Below are positions 9,570 through 19,147 of a DNA stretch of 53,585 nucleotides, one piece after another. The translations under genes were made by a program, and so were the position numbers. Below the pieces are notes generated by a model. The model saw nothing but the letters and a program-made list of their open reading frames with translations. It ran no database searches and had not been told where the DNA came from. Every line of letters starts with the position of its first letter. Within the stretch, counting starts at the first letter, position 1. The DNA comes from Terriglobia bacterium (GTDB taxonomy: Bacteria; Acidobacteriota; Terriglobia; Acidiferrales; UBA7541): contig JBGQEW010000001.1 of the NCBI GenBank assembly GCA_041496565.1, forward strand, positions 1 through 53,585. Reading direction: 5' to 3'.

Positions 9570-10232
9570 TCAGCCTCGGAGCCTTCGCAGCTTCGACACG
9601 TCTAGATGCTCAAATGTGTCGCTGATGCGAAATGTGAAGACTCCCATCAAGAGCAGTCCAATCAGGATGTCGAAGAAGATTCCGATTTCGATGACCAGCG
9701 GCATACCGAACGTCGTGATCAGCGCGGCCAGAAAAATGCCGTTCTCCAACACGAGCAGCCCGAGGATCTGCATGAGCGTCTTCTTACGGCTGACCATCAG
9801 GAATGCCCCGGTGAGAATCAGGGCGACGGCCGCAGCGAGGGCATCGTCCTGGACGTGCACGGACCCGCCGTAGGAATGCACGGCCGCGTACGACAGATAG
9901 ATCATCGCGGCGACAATAAAGACCGACTGCGTAGGAGTTGTCGAAGCCTTTACATCACGCACAGTTTTCAGCCTCTTGGTCAGGACGAAGAATGCGCGAG
10001 GGATCGCGATCACCTTGATCACTAGGAACAAGACGCCGACTACATATGCCTCCGGAAGCTTTTCCTGAAATGCGGTCGCGAGTACCTCCGCTGTGATGAT
10101 CGCGGATTGCAGGCTGAAGAGAAACACGCTGGTGGAAATTCGACGCGCGACCGCCAGCAGCAGAATCGTGAGAAACAAGAAGACGGAAAACGAACTCAGG
10201 ACTTTTCCGGTCGCCATTCCCACGAAGTCCAT
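9570..10232 (-). CDS. HyfE-like small membrane subunit
   Basis: 220-aa hydrophobic protein. C-terminal half SRKKTLMQILGLLVLENGIFLAALITTFGMPLVIEIGIFFDILIGLLLMG...LRG matches the HyfE/NuoK-like pattern. Confidence 0.7.
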   Translation of the reverse strand: MDFVGMATGKVLSSFSVFLFLTILLLAVARRISTSVFLFSLQSAIITAEVLATAFQEKLPEAYVVGVLFLVIKVIAIPRAFFVLTKRLKTVRDVKASTTPTQSVFIVAAMIYLSYAAVHSYGGSVHVQDDALAAAVALILTGAFLMVSRKKTLMQILGLLVLENGIFLAALITTFGMPLVIEIGIFFDILIGLLLMGVFTFRISDTFEHLDVSKLRRLRG

Positions 10233-10236
10233 TCCG

Positions 10237-11178
10237 CTACCTCTTCGCCAGCGTCGTAAAAATCACCGCCAGCGCGCTCACCGCTGAGGCCACACCCAGA
10301 AAATCCGGGACCAGGTACATCCGCAGCTTGGCTACCGCGCTCTCGATCACGCTCAGCAAGACCATGAGAACGGCCGCCTTCGCGCCATACAGCAGCAAGG
10401 CTGCAGCAAGTCCCCAGCCGGAGCTTCCCGAAGCCATTCCCCAAGGACAGAACAGCGCGATCAGAAAGGCGATCATCGCGTGAAGCTTAATCGCGCTCGC
10501 CCATTCGATCAGCGCCAGGCTGGGCCCCGAATATTCCAGCACCATTCCCTCGTGGATCATCGTCAACTCGAGATGAGTGGTCGGATTATCTACGGGCATG
10601 CGGCCCGTCTCGGCCAAGGTCACCATGCCGAGAGAGGTGAGCGCCAGAATATGTACGGCGGAGATGTTGAAGACACTCTGCTGGAGCGTCCATGCGACCA
10701 TTCCCGCGATGTCGGCGCGGGACGCCAGGATCGCGATCGCCACCAGCCCCAGCAAGAACGGCGCTTCCGCCAAACTCGAGACCAATGCCTCACGGCTCGC
10801 GCCCATCCCCCCGAACGCGCTTCCGCCGTCCAGAGCGCCGAGGGAGAGAAAGAACCGCCCAAAGGCCAATAGATACACAAGCAGAAAAAAATCGCCGCGC
10901 GCCGCCAGCAGCGCCGAAGGATGCAAGACGGGCACAAATGCCGCCACGCAGATCGCGGATCCGAGCAATAGAATCGGCGCAAGGCGAAACACCACCGAGG
11001 ATGTGGGAGGAACTAAGTCTTCCTTGCGGAGGAGTTTGAAGATCTCTGCATAGGGACGCCAGATGCTGGCTCCCCGGCGCCTCTGCAGCCGTGCCTTGAG
11101 CCGCGCGATGATTCCCCCCACCAGCGGAGCTCCCAGAATGAGTAGCAGCGCCTGCAGGATGTCGGCAGCAATTTTCAT
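10237..11178 (-). CDS. HycD / NuoH-like membrane subunit
   Basis: Met253 of ORF 10237-11934 (MKIAADILQALLLILGAPLVGGIIARLKARLQRRRGASIWRPYAEIFKLLRKE) is the typical HycD/NuoH N-terminus. The ATG overlaps the upstream stop as ATGA (11175-11178). The 252-aa upstream extension in the track is Arg/Gly-rich shadow sequence inside the preceding gene. Confidence 0.85.
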   Translation of the reverse strand: MKIAADILQALLLILGAPLVGGIIARLKARLQRRRGASIWRPYAEIFKLLRKEDLVPPTSSVVFRLAPILLLGSAICVAAFVPVLHPSALLAARGDFFLLVYLLAFGRFFLSLGALDGGSAFGGMGASREALVSSLAEAPFLLGLVAIAILASRADIAGMVAWTLQQSVFNISAVHILALTSLGMVTLAETGRMPVDNPTTHLELTMIHEGMVLEYSGPSLALIEWASAIKLHAMIAFLIALFCPWGMASGSSGWGLAAALLLYGAKAAVLMVLLSVIESAVAKLRMYLVPDFLGVASAVSALAVIFTTLAKR

Positions 11179-13163
11179 CTCTGGAACCTCAACAACGCGA
11201 GCAGTGAAACCAGTGCGAGAAAGATGTAAAGCAGATAGACCTGTATGTTTCCCGTCTGCAATCGGCGCACCTGGTGCGCCAGCGAAACAACGAGCTCCAC
11301 AAAGGGCCGATAGAGCGCCCGTTCGTAGGAGGTGGTGCGCACCGACCGATATGAGATGGATACGGGGCAATAGGGCTGATCGGCGGGTAGCCGCTCGACT
11401 TTGCGATCGGGCCGGTAAACTTGGGCGAAGACAAAACGGATCGGTTTCGAGAAAGCTGTGGATGTGTATTGCATGCGACTGGAAAGCTCCGGAAGACCGC
11501 ACGCCCATGTCCGCACCGCTCTCTCCCCGCGCTTGAACAAGGCGACTATCGTGCAGATTCCCAGGATTGCCGCTGCGATCCAGGGGATGATCCGGGTGAT
11601 GCTTAGGATCTCCTCCGGCAGGCCGGCGCCGGGAATCAGCGTTTGGACCAGCGATGCGAGTGGCCACAAGAGAATCCCGGGCAAGATTCCAATGAGCAAG
11701 CAGGCTGCCGCCAGCAGAGTCATCCCGCTGCGCATGAGTATCGGCACCTCCACAGCATGCGCCGCCTCCGCGCTGCGGGGGCGGCCCAAGAAGGCCACAC
11801 CGAACACCTTTACAAAGCACGCCGCCGCCAACCCGCCAATCAGCGCGAGGACCCCGACCATCAACGGCAAGGCAATCTGAGCTTTCGTATTTGTCAGCAC
11901 CGAGCCGGCCAGGAAACTTCGAAACGTGAGCCACTCACTGATGAAGCCATTGAACAGAGGCAGCCCAACGATCGAGCAGCAACCGATCAGGAAGGCCGTT
12001 CCGGTAACCGGCATCCGACGCTGTAACCCGCCAAGCTCCTCCAAATCCACAGTGTGCGTTGCGGTCGAAATGGCACCCGCACCGAGAAAGAGCAGGCTCT
12101 TGAAGAGGGCGTGATTGAAAGTGTGTAAGAGAGCTGCAATAAGCGCCAAAGTCGCCCAAACGGGCGCATGATTGGCGAGAAAAAGCAACGACGTTCCGAG
12201 TCCCAAATAGATAATCCCGATGTTCTCCACGCTGTGATAGGCCAACAACCGCTTAAGATCGTGTTCGGCGATTGCGTACAAAACACCCAGCAGTCCGGAA
12301 GCGGCTCCAGCCAAGAGAACAACGTATCCAGACCAAGGTGGTCCTCCGCCGAGAAAATCAAAGGCAAAGCGCACAAATCCGTACACGGCCGTCTTCAACA
12401 TGATCCCCGACATCAGCGCGGAAACGGGGCTCGGCGCGATGGGGTGTGCCCGGGGCAACCACAAATGCAGCGGGATCAGACCGGCCTTGGCTCCGAATCC
12501 CACGAATGCTGCTACGAAGATGGCAGTCCGAATCCCGCCCGGTATCGCCGCGCTTGCCGCGCGAATGGCTCCAAAATCCAAACTGTGCGAATAGGGCAGG
12601 AAAAGAAAGAAACACGCCGCAACGGCGGCCGCCCCCACATGCATCATCAACAAGTAGATGAAGACATTGTGACGCCGCTCCGGCGAGCCCCCTTCGATTA
12701 AGATGAGAGCGGCGGACACAAGCGTCATCAATTCCCAGCCCGCCAGAAACGCAAAGCCGGTAGACGCCGTGACGACCACGATCATCGAAAGAAGAAACAG
12801 TGAAAGGAACGCCCACGTCCAGTGGCGGCGCTGCCCGGCGTAGTGGAGGTCGAAATACGGGACAGCGAAAATCGTGACCGGAACCGCCACCGCGCAGACC
12901 AACAGCAGGAAAAACGCACTGAGACGGTCGACGGCCAGCGAGAAAGAGAAGGGCGTCACCCAGGATAGATCGAGCAGAGGGGCTGGCTGTCGCAAGAAAC
13001 TGGAGACGGCCACTAGACAGCCCGCCGCGCTGGCGGCGAGAATCAGTGCGACGGCGAGCCTTCGCCAGCCCTTCGCGCGGCCTGCGATCAGAAGGAGAGG
13101 AACGAAGACTCCCAGGGTGCTTAACAGAAAGACGAACGCAGCGCCAGTGTATGCCATTCGCAT
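11175..13163 (-). CDS. HyfB / NuoL-like proton-conducting antiporter-type membrane subunit
   Basis: 662-aa polytopic protein. Contains GWELMTLVSAALI, GAKAGLIPLHLWLPRAHPIAPSPVSALMSGIMLKTAVYGFVRF, LKRLLAYHSVENIGIIYLGLG. Confidence 0.85.
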   Translation of the reverse strand: MRMAYTGAAFVFLLSTLGVFVPLLLIAGRAKGWRRLAVALILAASAAGCLVAVSSFLRQPAPLLDLSWVTPFSFSLAVDRLSAFFLLLVCAVAVPVTIFAVPYFDLHYAGQRRHWTWAFLSLFLLSMIVVVTASTGFAFLAGWELMTLVSAALILIEGGSPERRHNVFIYLLMMHVGAAAVAACFFLFLPYSHSLDFGAIRAASAAIPGGIRTAIFVAAFVGFGAKAGLIPLHLWLPRAHPIAPSPVSALMSGIMLKTAVYGFVRFAFDFLGGGPPWSGYVVLLAGAASGLLGVLYAIAEHDLKRLLAYHSVENIGIIYLGLGTSLLFLANHAPVWATLALIAALLHTFNHALFKSLLFLGAGAISTATHTVDLEELGGLQRRMPVTGTAFLIGCCSIVGLPLFNGFISEWLTFRSFLAGSVLTNTKAQIALPLMVGVLALIGGLAAACFVKVFGVAFLGRPRSAEAAHAVEVPILMRSGMTLLAAACLLIGILPGILLWPLASLVQTLIPGAGLPEEILSITRIIPWIAAAILGICTIVALFKRGERAVRTWACGLPELSSRMQYTSTAFSKPIRFVFAQVYRPDRKVERLPADQPYCPVSISYRSVRTTSYERALYRPFVELVVSLAHQVRRLQTGNIQVYLLYIFLALVSLLALLRFQR

Positions 13164-13167
13164 GCGG

Positions 13168-13518
13168 CTATTTCCAGCGCCGTCCTTCCTTCATTTCCTC
13201 CAACATTTCCCGCACGCCCACCAGGTGATTGTTAAAGATTTCCTTTGCCGCATCCAGCAGTTTGAAAAGAGATGGGTCGGAAATCGAATAGAAGACACTC
13301 GATCCGGACTTCCTTCCCTTTACGATGTTCCGAACCCGCAGCACCGCCAACTGCTGAGAAACGTTCGCCGGTTCGAGCTCAAGCATCTCGCTTAATTCCT
13401 TTACGCCCTTTTCGCCGCCCCGAAGGCAATCCAAAATGCGGATGCGGATCGGATGTGCGAGTGCCTTGAAGAATTCGGCCTTGAAGTTGGCAAGTTGCTG
13501 AAGCATGCGAATGTTCAA
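13168..13518 (-). CDS. ArsR/SmtB-family winged-helix transcriptional regulator, first gene of the Ehr-like operon
   Basis: FFKALAHPIRIRILDCLRGGEKGVKELSEMLELEPANVSQQLAVLRVRNIVKGRKSGSSVFYSI is the ArsR HTH signature. The track start at 13518 is TTG. An in-frame ATG (MLQQL) lies at 13506. The gene ends 5 nt before the HyfB-like gene. Confidence 0.85.
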   Translation of the reverse strand: MNIRMLQQLANFKAEFFKALAHPIRIRILDCLRGGEKGVKELSEMLELEPANVSQQLAVLRVRNIVKGRKSGSSVFYSISDPSLFKLLDAAKEIFNNHLVGVREMLEEMKEGRRWK

Positions 13519-13573
13519 TTATTCAAATATGCTAGACTACATAAAGGATGTTGTCAACACTGGCAGGACCATT

Positions 13574-13683
13574 GAATTGGAAAGGGACATCGTTACCCCC
13601 TAGCGCATTGGGACTGCATTAGTCCCAAGCGATGGGAAGAACTCGCCGCCCGGCGGAGGGAGAGGAGCCGGGCGGCGGCCAGC
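13574..13683. repeat. Copy A of an unclassified non-coding repeat family (full length)
   Basis: GAATTGGAAAGGGACATCGTTACCCCCTAGCGCATT..TGCATTAG.CC.AAGCG.TGGGA.GAACTCGCCGCCCGGCGGAGGG.GAGGAGCC.GGC.GCGGCC is shared with copy C (21673-21782). The first roughly 72 nt are also shared with copy B (20516-20587). Located between the arsR start and the kinase start. Confidence 0.8.
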
Positions 13684-13800
13684 GAGTAAAATCCGGGCGC
13701 CCCTGCCAGCGCTTCCCCTTGATTTGAACTATTGTCTTTCCAACTTGTAATGAGTTGACACCGCGTTGAGTGCCACTTACGATGCCTCTTCAACCGAAAA

Positions 13801-16800
13801 ATGATTGGCCAGACAATTTCGCACTATCGCGTCACCGCAAAGCTGGGCGGTGGCGGGATGGGCGTGTTGTACAAGGCGGAAGACGCGACGCTCGGGCGCG
13901 ACGTCGCGCTTAAATTCATGCCCAGCGACGTGGCCAATGATGCGCAGGCGCTGGAGCGCTTCCGCCGCGAAGCGCGCGCCGCCTCTGCGCTGAACCATCC
14001 GGGCATCTGCACCATCTACGAAATCGGCGAGCATGCCGGGCAGCCGTTCATCGCCATGGAGTTTCTCGAAGGCAACACGCTCAAGCACTTGATTCAGTCC
14101 GAGCGTTTTGAGCTGGAAGTGCTGCTCGATGCGGCCATTCAGATTTCCGACGCGCTGGATGCCGCGCACTCCAAGGGCATCATTCATCGCGACATCAAGC
14201 CTGCCAACCTCTTCCTGACCAGCCGCGGCCAAGCCAAGATTCTCGACTTCGGGCTGGCGAAACAAAGTCCCGGCAAGGGCGCGATGGCAGGGAATGCTGG
14301 CCTTTCCGCGCAAGTGACGGCGGGGTTGAGCGAAGAGCATCTCACCAGTCCGGGCACGGCCATCGGCACGGTCGCCTACATGTCGCCGGAGCAAGCGCTC
14401 GGCAAGCCGCTCGATGCGCGCACAGATCTTTTTTCCTTCGGCGTAGTGCTCTATGAAATGGCCGCCGGCGTGCAGCCGTTTCGCGGAGAAACGTCCGCGG
14501 CCATATTTGATTTCATCCTGCGCCGCACACCGGTCTCGCCGGTGCGCTTGAATCCCGACCTGCCATCGAAACTGGTGGACATCATCAACAAGTTGCTGGA
14601 GAAGGATCCGCGGATGCGCTATCAGCATGCCTCCGATCTCCGCGCGGACTTGCAGCGCCTGAAGCGCGACACCGATTCGGGACGCTCCGCCATTGCGGAG
14701 GCGGCAGAACCCGGCGCGTTCGACGCGCGCAGCGCCGGCCCCAGCGCCGCCGCGGCTGAGGAACTTTCGGTCGCCGTCCTTCCGTTCAAGAACGCTAGCG
14801 GGGATCCCGAGCTTGAAGCGCTGGCCGACGGCCTCACCGAAGACGTGAGCACGGGCTTGTCCCGCTTCTCTTATCTGCACGTGATTTCCCGCGATTCAGC
14901 AATTCCGCCTAAATCCAGATCGGCGGACTCGCACTCGGAGGGGAAATACTCTGGCGCGCGCTACGTGATGGAAAGCGCCGTGCGCAAGTCAGGATCGAAC
15001 GTGCGCATCAGCTCGCGCATCGTGGATACCGCGAGCGGCGAACATCTTTGGGCGGAGAATTACGACCGGGACTTGAAGGCCACCAGCCTGTTCGAGCTGC
15101 AGGACGACGTGACTGCAAAGATCGTTTCGACAGTCGGGGATTGCTACGGCGCGCTCCCTCGGGCCATGGCGGCAGTAGTCAGGCGCAAGCCGAGCGAACA
15201 CGCGACGCCATATGAAGCCGTGCTTCGACAGCTCAACTTCTGGCAGCAGGTTTCTCCTGAGGAGCATGCCATCGTCCGCGCCGGCCTGGAGCGCGCGGTC
15301 GAGCAGGCGCCGGACTATGCCGACGGATGGGCTTCTCTCGCGCTGGTGTATCTGGAAGAGCACTCGCACAGCTTCAATGTACGTCCGGATCCCCTCGGGC
15401 GTGCTGCCGCCGCCACGGCCAAAGCTCTTGCGCTCAACCCGGCCAGCCAGATTGCTTACTACAGTCTCGCGGAGACGCGCTTTTTCCAGAAAGATTTCCA
15501 GGCCTTTCGCCAGGCCGCCGAGCGGGCCGTGGCCCTGAACCCGTTGGATGGCAACACCAAGGCGCTGATGGGAAATCTGACCGCCTATTCGGGGGATTGG
15601 GACCGTGGGTTGGCTCTGGCAGACGAGGCTTTGACGCTCAATCCGCATCATCCGGGGTGGTACCGCTTTGTAAAATTCTGGGGGCACTATCGCAAACATG
15701 AATATCAAGAGGCCCTCACCATTGCGCGCATGATCAACATGCCGGGGAACTTCTACTACCATTCAACGCTAGCTTGCGTCTTAGGGCAGCTTGGCCGCAC
15801 CGAAGAGGCGCAGAGGTCGGTTCAAGAGCTATTGAAGATTTATCCCGATTTTCCCGCCAAGGCGCGCGCGGAGCTGGGCAAATGGCTGGAACCGGACTTG
15901 GTTGAGCAGTTCATCGAGGGCTTGCGCAAGGCCGGGATCGAACTCCCGGAGTTGGACGGTGCGTCGGCCCATCTGTCCTACGCGCCGGTCGCTGCGCCGG
16001 TTGACACGGCCTCAGGGGAAGTGCGTTCCGAGCGGACGGAGTCCGATAGCGGGCGCGCTCGCGCGCAGGGACTGTGGATTGCCGTCCTGCCGTTCACGCA
16101 CTCCGGCGCCGACGCCGAACTGGAATCGTTTGCGGTCGGACTGGCGGAGGACATCAACGCGGGTCTGGCGCGGTTTGCCTATCTTTCCGTTATCGCACGG
16201 AATTCTACCGCCCGTTTCAAGGGACAATCCGAGGATGTGCGCGCTGTAGGAGAGCAATTGGGCGCTCGCTACGTGCTGGAAGGCGGGATTCGCAAAGGCG
16301 CCTCCACGATCCGCATCAACATGCAATTGATCGACACCCAGACCGGCTCGCACTTGTGGGCAGAAACCTACAACCGCAACCTGAAGGATTCCGACATTTT
16401 CTCGGTACAGGACGACATCACGGACCGCGTGGTGGCCACCGTTGCGGACACTAACGGAGTGCTGCTGCGCTCGATGGCTGCCAGCGTGGAAGAAAAACCC
16501 GAAGGCGAGCTGACCGCTGCGGACTGGGTGCTGCGGTACTACAGCTACCGGCAACGCTTAACGCCCGAAGAACACGCCAGGCTCCGCGAAGGCCTTGAGC
16601 GCTTTGTGGAGCGCGGGTCCAGGGATGCGGTCGTGTGGGCCTGCCTCTCGCAACTGTATAGCGATGAATTCAGATTCCGGTTTAACCGGCGCCCGAATGC
16701 GCTGGACCGTGCGCTCGCGGCGTCACGCCGCTCCGTCGACCTCGACCGCACCTGCCAGAACGGACACCAGACCCTTGCGCAAGTCCATTTTTTTCGCCGC

Positions 16801-17910
16801 GACATCCAGGCGTTCCGCACGGCCGCCGAACAGGCCATGGCGCTCAATCCGCGCAACACAGACACTCTTGCTGAAATGGGACTCATGCTCGTGCACATCG
16901 GAGATTTCGAGCGCGGCGCGAATATTACGCGGCGCGCGATGGGCCTCAATCCACACCATTCCGGCTGGTACCACTTCAGTCTCATCTGGGAAAGTTGCAA
17001 CAAAGGAGATTACGAAAAAGCGCTGGAACACGCGACGCGGGTCAACATGCCAGGCTTGTTCTGGCAGCCGCTGGTGGTTGCGTGTCTATGCGGGCTGCTG
17101 GGCCGCCGGGCTGAAGCCGCCGCCGCTGTGCAGGAATTGCGCAATCTGGACAAAGATATCGAACTCCATGCGCGGCAATACATCGAGTGCTGGCATTACT
17201 CGAGCGGGCTGATGGACAGCATTCTGGAGGGGCTCCGCAAGGCCGGGCTGGAGATTGCGGCATCCGAAGCCGCTGCGCCGGAAGTTGCGGCGACCCACGG
17301 CGAGCGAGAGTTGCAGCGCAACGAGAGCGGTTCCGGATTTGACCGGCCCGCAGCCGCGGAATCCGGCTCGGTGCAAGCCAGCGGGCAGAGTTTTTGGATT
17401 GCCGTCTTACCCTTTAAGGCGCAGGGCGGCGATGCGACCCTCGAAGCGTTGGCTGACGGTCTGACCGAAGAGACCACCACGGCGCTTTCGCGTTTTGCCT
17501 ATCTTCAAGTGATCGCCCACAACTCGGCGATGGCCTTCAAGGGCCGCTCGGCGGATATCCACACGGTGGGGCGCGAGCTGGGCGCGCGTTACGTCCTGGA
17601 AGGCAGCGTGCGCAAAGCCGATAGCGAGGTACGCGTGAGCGCGCAATTGATGGATACCGCAAGCGGCACCCAGCTCTGGGGGGAAACCTACGACCGGAAG
17701 ATCGGGGACGCCAGCGTGTTCCAAGTTCAAGACGACTTAGTCGACCGTTTGGTGACTACAGTCGCGGACGGCTATGGAATTCTCGTTCGCTCCATGGCCT
17801 CCGTCATCCGCGACAAACCGGATGAGCTCGCTGCCGGGGTACACGCCGACGTACGACGCGAACGGGAACGTGCTTGGCGACAGCTTGCACAGCTATGCCT
17901 GGGATGCTGA
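13801..17910 (+). CDS. Ser/Thr protein kinase with three tandem sensor modules, the third truncated
   Basis: The N-terminus has the Hanks kinase motifs ([37 protein letters not shown]). Then come three modules beginning (E/L/F)(L/W)(S/I)(V/A)AVLPF at residues 321, 757 and 1198. Each has a TolB-N-like domain (ARYVLEG..RK......V..QL.D..(S/T)G..LW.E.Y.R), and TPR-like regions follow in modules 1 and 2 only. Homology stops at residue about 1345 (nt about 17835). The last 24 codons are unrelated sequence. Confidence 0.85.
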   Translation: MIGQTISHYRVTAKLGGGGMGVLYKAEDATLGRDVALKFMPSDVANDAQALERFRREARAASALNHPGICTIYEIGEHAGQPFIAMEFLEGNTLKHLIQSERFELEVLLDAAIQISDALDAAHSKGIIHRDIKPANLFLTSRGQAKILDFGLAKQSPGKGAMAGNAGLSAQVTAGLSEEHLTSPGTAIGTVAYMSPEQALGKPLDARTDLFSFGVVLYEMAAGVQPFRGETSAAIFDFILRRTPVSPVRLNPDLPSKLVDIINKLLEKDPRMRYQHASDLRADLQRLKRDTDSGRSAIAEAAEPGAFDARSAGPSAAAAEELSVAVLPFKNASGDPELEALADGLTEDVSTGLSRFSYLHVISRDSAIPPKSRSADSHSEGKYSGARYVMESAVRKSGSNVRISSRIVDTASGEHLWAENYDRDLKATSLFELQDDVTAKIVSTVGDCYGALPRAMAAVVRRKPSEHATPYEAVLRQLNFWQQVSPEEHAIVRAGLERAVEQAPDYADGWASLALVYLEEHSHSFNVRPDPLGRAAAATAKALALNPASQIAYYSLAETRFFQKDFQAFRQAAERAVALNPLDGNTKALMGNLTAYSGDWDRGLALADEALTLNPHHPGWYRFVKFWGHYRKHEYQEALTIARMINMPGNFYYHSTLACVLGQLGRTEEAQRSVQELLKIYPDFPAKARAELGKWLEPDLVEQFIEGLRKAGIELPELDGASAHLSYAPVAAPVDTASGEVRSERTESDSGRARAQGLWIAVLPFTHSGADAELESFAVGLAEDINAGLARFAYLSVIARNSTARFKGQSEDVRAVGEQLGARYVLEGGIRKGASTIRINMQLIDTQTGSHLWAETYNRNLKDSDIFSVQDDITDRVVATVADTNGVLLRSMAASVEEKPEGELTAADWVLRYYSYRQRLTPEEHARLREGLERFVERGSRDAVVWACLSQLYSDEFRFRFNRRPNALDRALAASRRSVDLDRTCQNGHQTLAQVHFFRRDIQAFRTAAEQAMALNPRNTDTLAEMGLMLVHIGDFERGANITRRAMGLNPHHSGWYHFSLIWESCNKGDYEKALEHATRVNMPGLFWQPLVVACLCGLLGRRAEAAAAVQELRNLDKDIELHARQYIECWHYSSGLMDSILEGLRKAGLEIAASEAAAPEVAATHGERELQRNESGSGFDRPAAAESGSVQASGQSFWIAVLPFKAQGGDATLEALADGLTEETTTALSRFAYLQVIAHNSAMAFKGRSADIHTVGRELGARYVLEGSVRKADSEVRVSAQLMDTASGTQLWGETYDRKIGDASVFQVQDDLVDRLVTTVADGYGILVRSMASVIRDKPDELAAGVHADVRRERERAWRQLAQLCLGC

Positions 17911-19099
17911 AGGCCGTCCCGGAACGATCGACACGGTGGGTATTACGTACGATGCGCTGGGACGCATGGCCGAGCAGAATCGCTCCGGGACATATGCCCA
18001 GTTAGTCTACGCCCCAACGGGCAACAAGCTAGCTCTCATGAGCGGCCAGACGCTGCAAAAGGCATTTGTGCCATTACCTGGGGGAGCCACCGCAGTGTAC
18101 AATTCGAGTGGCTTGGCGTATTACCGCCATCCTGATTGGCTGGGTAGTTCGCGGCTGGCCTCTACGCCGACTCGCGGAATCTATTTCGATACAGCCTATG
18201 GACCCTTTGGCGAGCCCTACGCGCAATCGGGAACGACCGACCTCTCGTTCACGGGTCAAAATCAAGACACGGTGTCAGCGCTCTATGACTTTCCTTTCCG
18301 CGAATACGGCATCCAGGGGCGGTGGCCTTCGCCGGACCCGGCCGGTCTCGCCGCCGTTAATCCCGGTGATCCTCAGTCTTGGAACCGCTATGCCTATGTG
18401 CGCAACTCTCCCCTGACGCTGGTCGATCCGCTTGGGCTCGAAAATTGCCGTGATAACCCAGACGACTGCAAGGCGAGGCAACATGCCTTAAACTTCGATG
18501 CAGTTCTGGCTTACTGGCTCGCCTTGACTCAAAGCGGAGACCTCTTCAGTCTTGTCTGCGGTGGCTGTGACGAATTCGACATTCTGACACTGGCCTTGAC
18601 ACCCACCGCTTACGTCGACACGAGTCCAAATTGTTTGAAGTACGGCGACTGTGGCAAAGGAGATCCGGTTTACGGGAATATCTGGCTCCTGAACTTCCTC
18701 GGTGACGGCGGCAATAGCAGCGGCACAAACAACGGCATGCCGCAAACGCAGACACCGCAGCAAGCCAGCCGACTAAAGGTCTGTGCAGAAACCTATTACG
18801 GCGTCGGTACAGCGGCAACCCGCCTGGGAACGCTGTTGGCTGCTCTGCCCCTCCCGAAGAGTTGGTTCGGCTTACCAGCGGCTCTTGGCTCCGGCTCCAC
18901 GACCACCATACCAAGTGTTCTATCACTAGGATCAGGAACCGCGGCGAGCGGGTCGAACTTGCTGCGAATGGGCGGACGCATAGCAGGACCGGTGGCAGTT
19001 GCAAGCGCCATCATCGATGCGTCGGCGATCGCGGCATGCACCTCCGAGCGTCCCCTTCCGAACTTCCTTTATACGATAGGTAAGTACGATCCCTTCTGA
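17836..19099 (+). CDS. Orphan (5'-truncated) RHS repeat-associated core tip with a C-terminal polymorphic-toxin-type domain of unknown family
   Basis: Frame of ORF 17774-19099. From residue about 21: [22 protein letters not shown]...ITYDALGR (YD repeats), [26 protein letters not shown]...[42 protein letters not shown] (core end with DPxGL at 18425-18439). A 219-aa tail follows with no motif I recognise. The first 20 residues of the track ORF are just the +1 frame of the kinase. Confidence 0.7.
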
Positions 19100-19147
19100 C
19101 CTGCGAAGGAGTCCCCGGGCTGAGGCGGAGAACCAGCGGGAGGCGAG

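Noticed and set aside
11179-11934. Long N-terminal extensions in the ORF track (10237-11934, 26495-28051, 33130-34233, 33954-35096, 34985-35584, 29624-30943, 5825-6784, 45740-46561, 50758-51882).
   Set aside because: The extensions overlap the preceding gene and are compositionally junk. Conserved N-termini with an RBS or ATGA coupling are found at internal starts.
13608-13628. Perfect 8-bp hairpin TTGGGACT-gcatt-AGTCCCAA inside repeat copy A, as a candidate conserved RNA structure.
   Set aside because: The pairing is not maintained in copies B and C (TTTGAAGT ... AGCCCCAA / AGCCCGAA), so there is no covariation support. It may be specific to copy A.
13593-13793. ORFs 13593-13793(-) and 21391-21783(-) translate the repeat family into similar peptides (..RRAASSSHR(L/F)GLM..C(A/S)RG..), which suggests a duplicated small gene.
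   Set aside because: Copy C carries a 1-nt deletion in the C-run relative to A and B, so the frames diverge within the conserved core. In copy A the frame stops inside the repeat. Substitutions are not biased toward synonymous changes.
13777-14880. Long ORFs antisense to or overlapping well-supported genes. Examples: 13777-14880(-), 14989-15762(-), 22788-23789(-), 25760-26431(-), 28824-29678(+), 29960-30892(+), 30858-32255(+), 31859-32878(+), 33094-33981(+), 35692-36459(-), 36850-38028(-), 38721-39806(-), 41358-42857(+), 41707-42576(-), 7378-8160(+), 5948-6727(+).
   Set aside because: These are typical high-GC shadow ORFs. They are Arg/Gly/Ala/Pro-rich with no motifs, and each lies opposite or out of frame to a gene with clear family signatures.
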